NCBI GenBank assembly: GCA_017554665.1
Contig: JAFZHX010000006.1
Coordinates: forward strand, 1-51,255
Length of the DNA stretch: 51,255 bases
From: Alphaproteobacteria bacterium
GTDB taxonomy: Bacteria; Pseudomonadota; Alphaproteobacteria; Rs-D84
Direction of reading: 5' to 3'
This document shows, piece by piece, positions 39,346 through 49,030 of the stretch (its first letter is position 1; every line of letters starts with the position of its first letter). The translations under genes were made by a program, and so were the position numbers. The notes under the pieces are model-generated. The model worked only from the letters and a program-made list of their open reading frames with translations, was not told where the DNA came from and made no database searches.

Positions 39346-41129
39346 TATTCACCAACAAATCCGCCTGTTTGCATATTCCACAACTTGCGATACTCTCCGC
39401 CCAAACGCAACAATTGTGCATGCGTACCACTTTCGATAATTCTACCCTTGTCCAATACGATAATTCTATCCATATTGCGCAAAGTAGATAATCTATGAGC
39501 AATCGCAATAGTCGTTCTTCCACGCATAACTGTTTTCAAAGACTTTTGTATTAACAATTCGTTTTCTGAATCCAGCGCAGATGTCGCTTCGTCCAAAATT
39601 AAGACCGGAGAATTTTTCAAAATAGCCCTTGCTATTGCAACACGTTGTCTTTGACCACCTGACAGTTTAATTCCACGATTACCAACCAAGGTTGGCAACT
39701 TTTGAATAAAGCTGTGTATATTCGCTTTCTTTGCAGCTTCAATTACATCTTGTCTGCTAGCTTGCGGACGAGCATAACGAATATTATCCAGCAAAGTTCT
39801 ATTAAATAAAACCGCTTCTTGTGGCACGAAAGATATATTTTTGTGCAACGAGTCTTGTTTAACATCACGAATATCGTAATTATCAAACTTTATTGCGCCA
39901 GACTTTACATCATACGCACGCAGTATCAAGTTAACCAATGTAGTTTTACCTGCACCAGACAAACCAACTATACCGACTTTTTCATGCGGTTTTACCAACA
40001 AGTTAAAATGCTTAATAATGTCTTTTTCACCATAGTTAAAGGACACATCTTCAAAAACAATCTGTCCTTTGACTGCTTTCATATTTTTAGCGCCAACCGC
40101 ATCAACAATCGAGCACGGCAAAATAATATCATCATAAGCATGAACAACTTTTGCTTTTTCTTCACTGAACGCAACCAATTCTTCCATCAAAATATTAAAG
40201 GTTCTAGCAATGGTACGACCTGCAACATAAACAAACATACCGTCTGCCAATCCCATAGAGCCTTCTTTGATAAAATACCAGCACATAGTAATTAACAAAA
40301 AGCTAAGTCCAAACCACAAAGCCTGAGATGGCCAATCTTGCACACGACGCAAAAAGCCGATTTTATGTTCTAAATCAATTTGTTCTTCTTGCTGATTCCA
40401 GATATACTTGTTTTCGTATTCGATATTTCCAAACAATTTAGCAGTCATAGCATTACCCAGACTATCTGTTCGAACACCAGAAACTTTTGCTCTTACATCT
40501 TGCGCTTGTTTTTGCACAACATTTATTTTGCGTTGCCAGATATATCTCCACGCAGTACGCAAAACAGCCGCTACCACAACCATTACAGCGATCCAAACAT
40601 TTTGGAACAAAACACCAACAGACAAAACCAGCATACCCAGTATATGCTTTACCACACCGGTATAAAACTCCAAAGTCATACTGTTCAAGCTATTACTAAC
40701 CGTTGACATTTGACTTATTATTTGTCCTGAAGAACGCCCTATAAAAAAGTCTGTATCATTTTTATAAATGCGTTTATACAAAACAAAGCTCGTATATCGA
40801 TTAATAATAGGCCGCCAGTGCAGATTAAAGTATTGTCGTATTATAGCAGCAAAATAAATAATTAAGTATATTGCGGCTATCCATAACAGCTTTTCGTTCC
40901 ACTGCCCTTTTGCAGCACTTTCGAACACCTGTACAGCCCACTTGTTCGTATAAGGAAAAGTAACTGTATCCATCATATACGAAAAGACCATAATAAAACC
41001 AACAACACCGTAAAACAACGGGAAGCGTTTTATCACAGACCAATAAAAACCAAATACAGACGATGGAAAATCCGACACTGTATCGTTTTGTTGTTTTTTC
41101 TTTAATTTATACTTTATTTTGCGAAACAT
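39345..41129 (-). CDS. ABC exporter, fused TMD-NBD half transporter
   Basis: N-terminal TMD; GLSGAGKT, LSGGQRQR, ILDEATSALD, IAHRLST. Confidence 0.93.
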   Translation of the reverse strand: MFRKIKYKLKKKQQNDTVSDFPSSVFGFYWSVIKRFPLFYGVVGFIMVFSYMMDTVTFPYTNKWAVQVFESAAKGQWNEKLLWIAAIYLIIYFAAIIRQYFNLHWRPIINRYTSFVLYKRIYKNDTDFFIGRSSGQIISQMSTVSNSLNSMTLEFYTGVVKHILGMLVLSVGVLFQNVWIAVMVVVAAVLRTAWRYIWQRKINVVQKQAQDVRAKVSGVRTDSLGNAMTAKLFGNIEYENKYIWNQQEEQIDLEHKIGFLRRVQDWPSQALWFGLSFLLITMCWYFIKEGSMGLADGMFVYVAGRTIARTFNILMEELVAFSEEKAKVVHAYDDIILPCSIVDAVGAKNMKAVKGQIVFEDVSFNYGEKDIIKHFNLLVKPHEKVGIVGLSGAGKTTLVNLILRAYDVKSGAIKFDNYDIRDVKQDSLHKNISFVPQEAVLFNRTLLDNIRYARPQASRQDVIEAAKKANIHSFIQKLPTLVGNRGIKLSGGQRQRVAIARAILKNSPVLILDEATSALDSENELLIQKSLKTVMRGRTTIAIAHRLSTLRNMDRIIVLDKGRIIESGTHAQLLRLGGEYRKLWNMQTGGFVGE

Positions 41130-41190
41130 ATTACCCCCTTTTTTTCAACCACCAGCGCATTATTTACTAAAATCAATATGTTATTCAACA

Positions 41191-41249
41191 TAAAATTGAC
41201 ATAAATTGACAAATAAATTGGTTGACATTTCTCTCTTTTTCGCTATACT
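41191..41249 (+). promoter_or_regulatory. mnmE promoter preceded by phased direct repeats
   Basis: TTGACA(41222)-N16-TATACT(41244); upstream AAATTGAC repeats give further TTGACA at 41196 and 41206. Confidence 0.6.
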
Positions 41250-41307
41250 AATAGTATCATAAAACAAGTAATAACAAAAGATATATTCCTAACCCCCACC
41301 ACTACAA

Positions 41308-42606
41308 ATGAATAACGACTCAATTTTTGCATTATCAAGCGGTCATGGCAAATCAGGTGTGGCTGTTATTCGTATATCTGGACAAGACTTGTACGATACA
41401 TTTACAACCTTTGTATCCAAGACCGAAATAAAAAATCGTTGTGCGTATTTCACAAACCTGTGCGACACAAATGGCGACTTAATCGATCAGTGTTTGGCAA
41501 TTTACTTCCCTGCTCCACACAGCTTTACAGGCGAAGATGTTATCGAATTGCACACGCATGGCGCACCTGCTGTTATAAACAAAGTTTTTGAATATTTATC
41601 CACACTTGGCATGCGTATGGCAACACCTGGCGAATTTTCAAGACGCGCTTTTTATAACAACAAGATGGATTTAGCAGATGTTGACGGATTGGCTGCATTA
41701 CTTGATGCACAAACAGATATGCAACGCAAACATGCATTGCGTTCTATGATGGGTTTTGACAGTAAGATATATAACGCATGGCGCAACAAAATGGTAGAAA
41801 TCTCTGCATACGCAGCTGCTATCTTGGATTACAGCCCTGATGATTTACCTGCAAATATTGGCGACACGGTTCGTAACAGTGCAGAACAATTATACACAGA
41901 AATAAGTCAGGCTTTATCACAATACAGAAACGCACGCAGCATTCGTGGTGGTATAAATATCGTCTTGGCTGGACAAACCAATGTTGGCAAGTCATCTATC
42001 TTTAATTATATGGTTGGCACAAATCGTGCAATAGTATCCGACATTGCCGGAACGACACGTGATGTTGTATCAAGCACTATTGACATTGATGGCTTTATGG
42101 TAAACCTATCTGACACAGCCGGGATTCGTGAAACAGACGACACAATCGAAAGCATTGGAATAGAACGCACAAAATCAGAAATTGAAAACGCAGATATAAT
42201 CATCCATGTTTACACACCTGATTCTATATCTGCCACAAACATATCAAACAATGAAATCATTGTTATAAACAAGTCTGACACAATCGAAACACAAGACATA
42301 CCAAACGCAATTTACACATCTGCAAAATCAGGTAACGGTATGGATACACTTATGAACACATTGCGCCAAAAAATCCATGAATTGTTTGACGGCTCTGAAT
42401 CAACAGTATCTGTAAATGCCCGCACAAAATCATTACTAGAATCAGCACAACAAGATTTAGCAAGCGCAATTAACGCAGGCGAAAATTACGATATATTTGC
42501 AGAACATACCCGCCGCGCATCAGACGCTATTGGCAAAATACTTGGCACAATCACCGCATCCGAGGTTATGGATATGACATTCGGCCAACTGTGCCTTGGA
42601 AAATAA
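41308..42606 (+). CDS. mnmE: tRNA modification GTPase MnmE
   Basis: SFTGEDVIELH.HG, GEFSRRAF, GQTNVGKSS, GTTRD, DTAG, C-terminal CLGK. Confidence 0.96.
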   Translation: MNNDSIFALSSGHGKSGVAVIRISGQDLYDTFTTFVSKTEIKNRCAYFTNLCDTNGDLIDQCLAIYFPAPHSFTGEDVIELHTHGAPAVINKVFEYLSTLGMRMATPGEFSRRAFYNNKMDLADVDGLAALLDAQTDMQRKHALRSMMGFDSKIYNAWRNKMVEISAYAAAILDYSPDDLPANIGDTVRNSAEQLYTEISQALSQYRNARSIRGGINIVLAGQTNVGKSSIFNYMVGTNRAIVSDIAGTTRDVVSSTIDIDGFMVNLSDTAGIRETDDTIESIGIERTKSEIENADIIIHVYTPDSISATNISNNEIIVINKSDTIETQDIPNAIYTSAKSGNGMDTLMNTLRQKIHELFDGSESTVSVNARTKSLLESAQQDLASAINAGENYDIFAEHTRRASDAIGKILGTITASEVMDMTFGQLCLGK

Positions 42607-42609
42607 AAA

Positions 42610-42710
42610 TTAGAAATGAATTAAAATGATAAAGCAAATCGGGAATCGTAGTGTACAAACGCTACATGAGATTCCCGATTTGCTTTTAGATAAATTATTA
42701 TAATTTATTT
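42610..42710. repeat. Palindromic element copy 4 (fills the mnmE / acyl-CoA synthetase gap)
   Basis: TTAGAAATGAATTA...AAAGCAAATCGGGAATC-GTAGTGTACAAACGCTACATGA-GATTCCCGATTTGCTTT...TAATTTATTT. Confidence 0.88.
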
Positions 42711-44291
42711 TTATTCGTGACGATCTGGATACAACCCATCAACCAGATTTTGACGAACTTTGTGATGCTTAACTTTCTGAGTACTTGTCAAAGGCAAGTC
42801 TTCATTTGTTATAGCAAAGTGTGTAACCCATTTATAACTTGCAACCTTCTTGTTTTCGTTTGCAACAGCTGCACCAATCTGTTCCAAAGTTACACCTGGT
42901 TCAACACTAAATACTGCGTATGTAACAGTTTTGTCTTTGACAACATGTTCAAACACAGCAACATTTTTTACACCTGGAATTGTGATAAACATACCTTCCA
43001 GTTCGTCTGGATAAACATTTTTACCACTATCCAAAACGATCACTTGCTTTTTGCGTCCTGCGAAATGCAGTTCACCGTTTTTGTCCATTGACACCATATC
43101 ACCAGTGTTAAAGAAGCCACGTTCGTCAAAGATTTCTTTATTAGCTTCTTCGTTATTCATATAGCCACCGAATACCTGATGACCACGCAACCACAGAACA
43201 CCAACGCCTTCTTCGTTTTTATCACGAATTTCACATTCGTTGTTCAATGTTGGCCCACCAAAAGCAAATGGCAAACGTTTCTTGGTTGGTATAGAGATAC
43301 AGATAGGTCCAACTGTTTCTGTCAAACCATAACCTTGAATAAATGTCAAACCTAAACGTTCATAGAAAGTTTCAACTTCTGGTTTAGTTGCTGCACCACC
43401 AGCAATCAACAGACGGGCGCGTCCACCAAACACATCCAAGATTGGTTTTTGTACCTTGCGTACCAAAAAGCCAAGTCCGATTTTATTCAACAACTTGCCA
43501 TGCTTTAATACAAAAGATACCAAACCCCATTTCTTTTGTGCCTTTACATTATCGATGATTTTATTACGGAAAACTTCCCATAATCTTGGCACAGCTGGGA
43601 TAACCTGTGGGCGGAACTTTTTAAAGTCAGCCATAATTTCTTTTGGATTAATTGTTGGTTGCAACAGAACACCTGCACCAAAATGCAAAGTAGCCAAAAT
43701 TTCAACAGCAAAACCAAACACATGGTACATTGGCAAGAAGCCATACAAATAATCGCCTTCTCTAATCCATTCTGCCATTGATTCCAAAGAATTTGCACAT
43801 TCGATAATATTAAAGTGAGTTAATGGCACAACCTTTGGCACGCCTGTTGAACCAGATGTAAATGACATTGTTGCAATATCCAAAGATTCTACATTTGCAG
43901 GTTTCAAGTCAGCCTTGACCTTGCCGTCTTTCTTGGTGATATCATAGAATTTAAATTTGCTTGTTTTATAAACAAAAGACTTTTCTGCACAAACCATATG
44001 ACAGTTTGTAATAGAAGCCATATTGTCATATTCAAATGGAGTTAAATTAGTATCCAACAACAACACAGTTCCGCCCAAATACCAAACAGCAAACATTGTG
44101 ATTGGGAATTCTGGAATATTGTGAGACAAGATACCAACAACATCGCCTTTTTTAACACCAGCAGCATCTAATGATGCAGCACGTGCTTTTAATAAACCGA
44201 TAAAATCTTTAGAATAAACGCCCTCACGAACCAGATATAAATTGTCTGGCCAAGTTTGTGCGGAACGTTCTAACAACTGATACATATTCAT
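42711..44291 (-). CDS. Long-chain fatty acid--CoA ligase (AMP-binding family)
   Basis: FTSGSTGVPK, QGYGLTE, FNTGD, GRKK.VIV..SGKNVYP, LPLTSTQKVK. Confidence 0.9.
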   Translation of the reverse strand: MNMYQLLERSAQTWPDNLYLVREGVYSKDFIGLLKARAASLDAAGVKKGDVVGILSHNIPEFPITMFAVWYLGGTVLLLDTNLTPFEYDNMASITNCHMVCAEKSFVYKTSKFKFYDITKKDGKVKADLKPANVESLDIATMSFTSGSTGVPKVVPLTHFNIIECANSLESMAEWIREGDYLYGFLPMYHVFGFAVEILATLHFGAGVLLQPTINPKEIMADFKKFRPQVIPAVPRLWEVFRNKIIDNVKAQKKWGLVSFVLKHGKLLNKIGLGFLVRKVQKPILDVFGGRARLLIAGGAATKPEVETFYERLGLTFIQGYGLTETVGPICISIPTKKRLPFAFGGPTLNNECEIRDKNEEGVGVLWLRGHQVFGGYMNNEEANKEIFDERGFFNTGDMVSMDKNGELHFAGRKKQVIVLDSGKNVYPDELEGMFITIPGVKNVAVFEHVVKDKTVTYAVFSVEPGVTLEQIGAAVANENKKVASYKWVTHFAITNEDLPLTSTQKVKHHKVRQNLVDGLYPDRHE

Positions 44292-44362
44292 TGTATAAAA
44301 TTCCTTGTTGTTTTTATATTGGACAGTGGCTATTATACTTAAGAAATAATAGGAAATCAAAT

Positions 44363-45133
44363 ATGAAAATTTTAACTTTGAACATAAACTCTATTCGCGC
44401 TCACATCGAAAGTTTTATTGACATTTTACGCAAGGGAGAGTACGACACAATCTTGGTACAAGAGATAAAAGTAGAAAACGCAAACTTTCCACACATGTTA
44501 TTCGATGAATACGGCTATAATGTCAAAGTTTTCGGTCAAAAATCTTGGAATGGTGTTGCAGTTTTTTCAAAATATTCTATCGAAGATGTAACAATGGGAA
44601 TGCCAGAATACCCAGACACCCATGCTCGTTTCTTAGAATGTGTAATTGACGGCCATGTACGCATTATAAATGTATATATGCCAAACGGAGACTTGGTAAC
44701 ATCTCCAAAATTCCCTTATAAATTAGAGTGGATGAACGCATTTACAAAACACATTGCACCATACTTGAGCAGTGAAGAACCTGTTATTATCGGTGGCGAC
44801 TTTAATGTTGCAATCCAAGACAGAGATATTTGGAAACCAAAAAATTACGAAGGTGTTGCAATTTCTGCACCCGAAGCACGCAACATTATGAATGATTGGC
44901 TAAATTCAGGTTGGATTGATGCATGGCGCACTCTGCACCCGGACACAGTTGATTATACTTGGTACGGCTATCGCGGCCATGATACAGTTGGCAACAAACA
45001 AGGTCTGCGTCTTGATTATTTCTTATGCAACAAAACAGCTGCATCAATGATAAAAAATTGTGAAATAGACTTAGAGCCAAGACTTGCTAACAAGCCAACC
45101 GACCATTGTGGTCTTATGCTAGAACTAAAATAA
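44363..45133 (+). CDS. xth: Exodeoxyribonuclease III
   Basis: NINSIR, QEIK, GQKSWNGVA, Y.PNG, GDFN, GLRLDY, DH. Confidence 0.93.
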   Translation: MKILTLNINSIRAHIESFIDILRKGEYDTILVQEIKVENANFPHMLFDEYGYNVKVFGQKSWNGVAVFSKYSIEDVTMGMPEYPDTHARFLECVIDGHVRIINVYMPNGDLVTSPKFPYKLEWMNAFTKHIAPYLSSEEPVIIGGDFNVAIQDRDIWKPKNYEGVAISAPEARNIMNDWLNSGWIDAWRTLHPDTVDYTWYGYRGHDTVGNKQGLRLDYFLCNKTAASMIKNCEIDLEPRLANKPTDHCGLMLELK

Positions 45134-45137
45134 AACA

Positions 45138-47648
45138 TCATAATTTATATACACGGGCCAGATCGTCATATTGCTTGTACTTTCTGTCCCCTGTATCGTG
45201 ATATTCATAACCTGCTGCACCTGCAGAATACATATAAAACAGTTCTGTTACTTTATTCACAGCTGCATTTATCATTTCTTGCGTTGTTTCACTATTATAC
45301 TCTATCACACGAACATCGTTGTTTTTAAGTTGCAAGAACTTCATTATAGGCGCACCAGATAAAGTACTTGTTTTTATTTTAAATCCACCTGATTGCAACA
45401 TAAATGCTTCTAATGGCAACTGTGGCATATTTCCATCCAGCAATTGTTTTTTTGTTGGCGCAGCACCTGTCTTGAAATCCATAACACCACCATCCCAAAC
45501 CAAGTCTGCGCGTGCACGCACATTGCGTCCTGCTATCTTTACAGCACCACCAATTTCAGATTTTGCTTTTTGAATATTTGACAATTCATTAGCCACAACT
45601 GGCGCAATTTCTAAAAATCTTTTATGCCAAAAGTGAAACAGCACACTGCCCCGCCCAAGTTTTTCCAAAGCAGCTGCATCCATTTGTGCTACTAAAACAT
45701 CAGGGCGCAAATCAGTCGCTTCTTCTATAACCTTGTGAACAAGATTTCCAAAAGTTCGCGCATCAGGTCCAACCCAATAATCATCTTGAACACGCAACTT
45801 TAATATATGTTTTACATAATAAGCATAAGGATTATGAATTAAATATTCTAAATCTGTTACAAACACATCTGACCAATCCGCAGGCGGAGTAGCAACAAAA
45901 TTATCCAGCGGACAATAAGGGACAACATCTGCTTCGGCCACTTCTTGAACAATTTTTTTACCAGATTCTAAATCAATATTTGCTCGACGCGCAATCACAC
46001 GCGACAAAAACCTAGACTCGGTCGTTTGTACTCCACCAGAAACCGTAGCCCTTGTCCAATACACACGTTTTGCACAAGACAAATTCATAAAGTCTAATGC
46101 CTGCAAAGACACTTTTCTATTTGGCGAAGGCAAACCAATTTCTTTTGCCACGCGTTTTGGCAACCATGCATTTTCATAACCAGTCGAAGGAAACATACCA
46201 TCATTTAACCCTGTTAAAATAACAACATCCGCCGTCTGCATACGCGATTCAATAGTACCCAACACGATAATCTTAGAATCCGATTTCATTGCATTTCGTT
46301 GCGACACAGTACCAAGCGCATCTGCAACAAACGCACGCGCATCTGCCAAAGTCAACTTTACATCTGCGTTTTCTAACGCATCAGAAATCTTTTTTATAGC
46401 TGTCCAAACTTGAACACTAACTTCATCATCAACTACAAATTGCGGTTTAAACTCCACCAATTGTTCATCTACAATCTTTGCGACAGTGTTAAACAAGTTA
46501 AAACCAGAATCTGCATACAACTTATCAAACAAGCCAGCACCACTTTCAATCCAACCATCCAGCACATTTAGAATTGCACGACCTGTAACAGTCATTGCGC
46601 CTGCTGTTGCTGCAGAAAAATCAGCATCCAATCCATAATTTTTAAACACACTTGCTATACGTTGGTTTCCGGCCGCGTCGGGTGTTATGATTAATACAGA
46701 CTTACCCTGCTCTACATTTTGTTTTGCAATATTTGCAACCGCCACTGCTTCTGTTGCTTCTGAATTGCACGTAACCAGAGAACAATGCGACAAATCAAGA
46801 TTCACATCTGCACTTTCGCAATCGTTTCCAAAAGCATAATTCATAAAATCAATAGCAGAAACACCAACATCAATCGGCAACACTTCATCGAACCCAACAC
46901 CTATACTTTTTAGAAAATTATATTCTGCATTATATGGATTTGTATCTAATTCAAAATCTTCTATACGCCCATCTATTTTGCCAGACAGAATAATTCGCCC
47001 ATATGGCAACGAAGAAACAGCCCTCATCAAATCTGCTGTTGCAGGCACACTGGCCGTAGACCCACAAACAACGACAAATTTATACTTATCAAAATGATTA
47101 ACCCAATCACGAATATCACGATTTCTTATTTGCACACCTGTTTTACGATTCCCCGCATACAAATTCATAAATTCAGATAAAATATTTAAAATCTTGGCTT
47201 TATTTTGAAAATGAGTTGCATATTTTTCATCTACTAATTCGGCCCAATTAACCAAAGCCGCATCAATTCCTTCGTTTTCCAGATAGTCTTGCATCCGCAT
47301 TAAATCACGAGCCAACATTAACCCAGTTGATAAATTTCCAACATTTGCATCAGCCGCCAACAACTTTGCCAAAACGACAACACGTTCAGCATCAGATATT
47401 TCCGCAACTTCTTCCTGTGATTCTATTTCTTCATCAGCCCCATCACCCAAAGGCACCAACATAGGTAATATCGCAACACCACCACATTTTTCAGCAATCA
47501 ATTTTTCAACACTTCGCACAGCACGACGGCTTGGCAAAAATATTAACATATCCGCCAAATCGACATTTGCATTTGAAATCAGATGCCATAAAGCTTCTGA
47601 TATTTTTGCAGGATTTGTCGCATAAAAAATATTGCTATTTGATACCAA
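45138..47648 (-). CDS. addB: AddB-like double-strand break repair protein (PD-(D/E)XK nuclease)
   Basis: LPSRRA, GSTASVPATA.L, TPD, NPYAYY, RAD...DFKTG, PQLPLEA, YDDLAR. Confidence 0.8.
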   Translation of the reverse strand: MVSNSNIFYATNPAKISEALWHLISNANVDLADMLIFLPSRRAVRSVEKLIAEKCGGVAILPMLVPLGDGADEEIESQEEVAEISDAERVVVLAKLLAADANVGNLSTGLMLARDLMRMQDYLENEGIDAALVNWAELVDEKYATHFQNKAKILNILSEFMNLYAGNRKTGVQIRNRDIRDWVNHFDKYKFVVVCGSTASVPATADLMRAVSSLPYGRIILSGKIDGRIEDFELDTNPYNAEYNFLKSIGVGFDEVLPIDVGVSAIDFMNYAFGNDCESADVNLDLSHCSLVTCNSEATEAVAVANIAKQNVEQGKSVLIITPDAAGNQRIASVFKNYGLDADFSAATAGAMTVTGRAILNVLDGWIESGAGLFDKLYADSGFNLFNTVAKIVDEQLVEFKPQFVVDDEVSVQVWTAIKKISDALENADVKLTLADARAFVADALGTVSQRNAMKSDSKIIVLGTIESRMQTADVVILTGLNDGMFPSTGYENAWLPKRVAKEIGLPSPNRKVSLQALDFMNLSCAKRVYWTRATVSGGVQTTESRFLSRVIARRANIDLESGKKIVQEVAEADVVPYCPLDNFVATPPADWSDVFVTDLEYLIHNPYAYYVKHILKLRVQDDYWVGPDARTFGNLVHKVIEEATDLRPDVLVAQMDAAALEKLGRGSVLFHFWHKRFLEIAPVVANELSNIQKAKSEIGGAVKIAGRNVRARADLVWDGGVMDFKTGAAPTKKQLLDGNMPQLPLEAFMLQSGGFKIKTSTLSGAPIMKFLQLKNNDVRVIEYNSETTQEMINAAVNKVTELFYMYSAGAAGYEYHDTGDRKYKQYDDLARVYKL

Positions 47649-48189
47649 GAGTTCCCTTTATCTCATCTAATCCAGTTTTCTTTTCTGCAGAAGTATATAA
47701 AATTTCTGGAATCATTGCACCATGTTCCGTATGCACGATTTCAACTTGCTTTTGCTCGCGCACTTTCTTGTCTTTTTTAGTATAAACGATTTGATAAGGT
47801 ATTGCATTTGCATCACAAAAATCCATCAAATCTAAATCAGAATCACGTGCACCAATTCGAGAATCAATCAATATAAACAGTCGTTTTAACTGACTTCTGT
47901 TTAACAAATATTCTTCTAATCTGTGCAACCAGCGCATTGCGTCTGTTTTGGATACTTTGGCATAGCCATAACCTGGCAAATCGACAATCATAATTCTGTC
48001 GTCCAGATTAAACAAATTCAAACTTTGCGTACGACCAGGAGTATTCGAAGTACGCGCAATTGTCGTCCCAACAACAGCGTTTATCAAAGAAGATTTTCCA
48101 ACATTACTGCGACCAATAAACGCATATTCTGCAAACCGAGTCTTTGGCAAAGATTTAACTGTTTCAAAGCTACCCACAAACTTAATCAT
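47635..48189 (-). CDS. engB: Ribosome biogenesis GTPase EngB/YihA
   Basis: GRSNVGKSSLIN, PGRT, DLPGYG, TKKD. Confidence 0.94.
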   Translation of the reverse strand: MIKFVGSFETVKSLPKTRFAEYAFIGRSNVGKSSLINAVVGTTIARTSNTPGRTQSLNLFNLDDRIMIVDLPGYGYAKVSKTDAMRWLHRLEEYLLNRSQLKRLFILIDSRIGARDSDLDLMDFCDANAIPYQIVYTKKDKKVREQKQVEIVHTEHGAMIPEILYTSAEKKTGLDEIKGTLGIK

Positions 48190-48982
48190 TACTGCCTCCT
48201 GATTCTAAAAGTCTTTTATATGCTTCTTTTTTTGATATTCCTGCACGCAAAGCCAAATCAGCAGCAGCACTTTTCATCGAAGTTGCTGCAATATCATTTA
48301 CAATATTACTAATTTCTTCATCTGTCATTTTGTGTTCTGGTCTTGGGCCAACAACAATAACAATTTCACCGCGTGGCGGAGTTATATTCATCAACTCCGC
48401 AGGATAGCCTATAATAGTTTCTTCATAAACTTTTGTAATTTCACGAACAATTGCAATTTTGCGCTCTGGCATAACACGCGCAAAAGCAGCTATTGTACTC
48501 ATAACACGGTTTGGGCTTTCATAGTAAATAATAGTATGTGGTATTTTATTATCATCACGCAATTTCTTTTCATCAAAAAAGCCACAGAAAGTAAATCTAT
48601 CTGTTGGAAAACCTGACAATACCAAAGCAGAAATTGCCGCCACAGGTCCAGGCACAACGAACACAGGCACCCCTGCTTCACGAGCAGCACGCACCAAGCG
48701 AAAACCAGGGTCAGAAATTCCAGGCATACCAGCATCACTAACCGCAGCCACCGACATACCAGATTGAATTTTTTCTATCAGTTCTGGCACCACATCGCGT
48801 TCATTATGCTCATGACAAGAAATTCTTTTTGTTTTTATTTCAAAATGAGCTGCCAACTTACCAAAAACACGAGTATCTTCAGCAGCAATCAAGTCAACAG
48901 ATTGTAAAACTTCAACTGCGCGTGGCGACATATCAGACAAATTTCCAATTGGCGTACCAACAATATAAAGCCCTGTTTGCAT
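48182..48982 (-). CDS. rsmI: 16S rRNA C1402 2'-O-methyltransferase RsmI
   Basis: LYIVGTPIGNL, AEDTR, SDAGMPGISDPG, YESP.R, RE.TK.YE. Confidence 0.96.
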   Translation of the reverse strand: MQTGLYIVGTPIGNLSDMSPRAVEVLQSVDLIAAEDTRVFGKLAAHFEIKTKRISCHEHNERDVVPELIEKIQSGMSVAAVSDAGMPGISDPGFRLVRAAREAGVPVFVVPGPVAAISALVLSGFPTDRFTFCGFFDEKKLRDDNKIPHTIIYYESPNRVMSTIAAFARVMPERKIAIVREITKVYEETIIGYPAELMNITPPRGEIVIVVGPRPEHKMTDEEISNIVNDIAATSMKSAAADLALRAGISKKEAYKRLLESGGSND

Positions 48983-49030
48983 TTATCATCCTTTTATAGT
49001 AAAATGATACAAAATAAAATGGATTTTTCA

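Noticed and set aside
41596-41604. Perfect DnaA box as an oriC marker
   Set aside because: Single copy inside mnmE coding sequence with no cluster.
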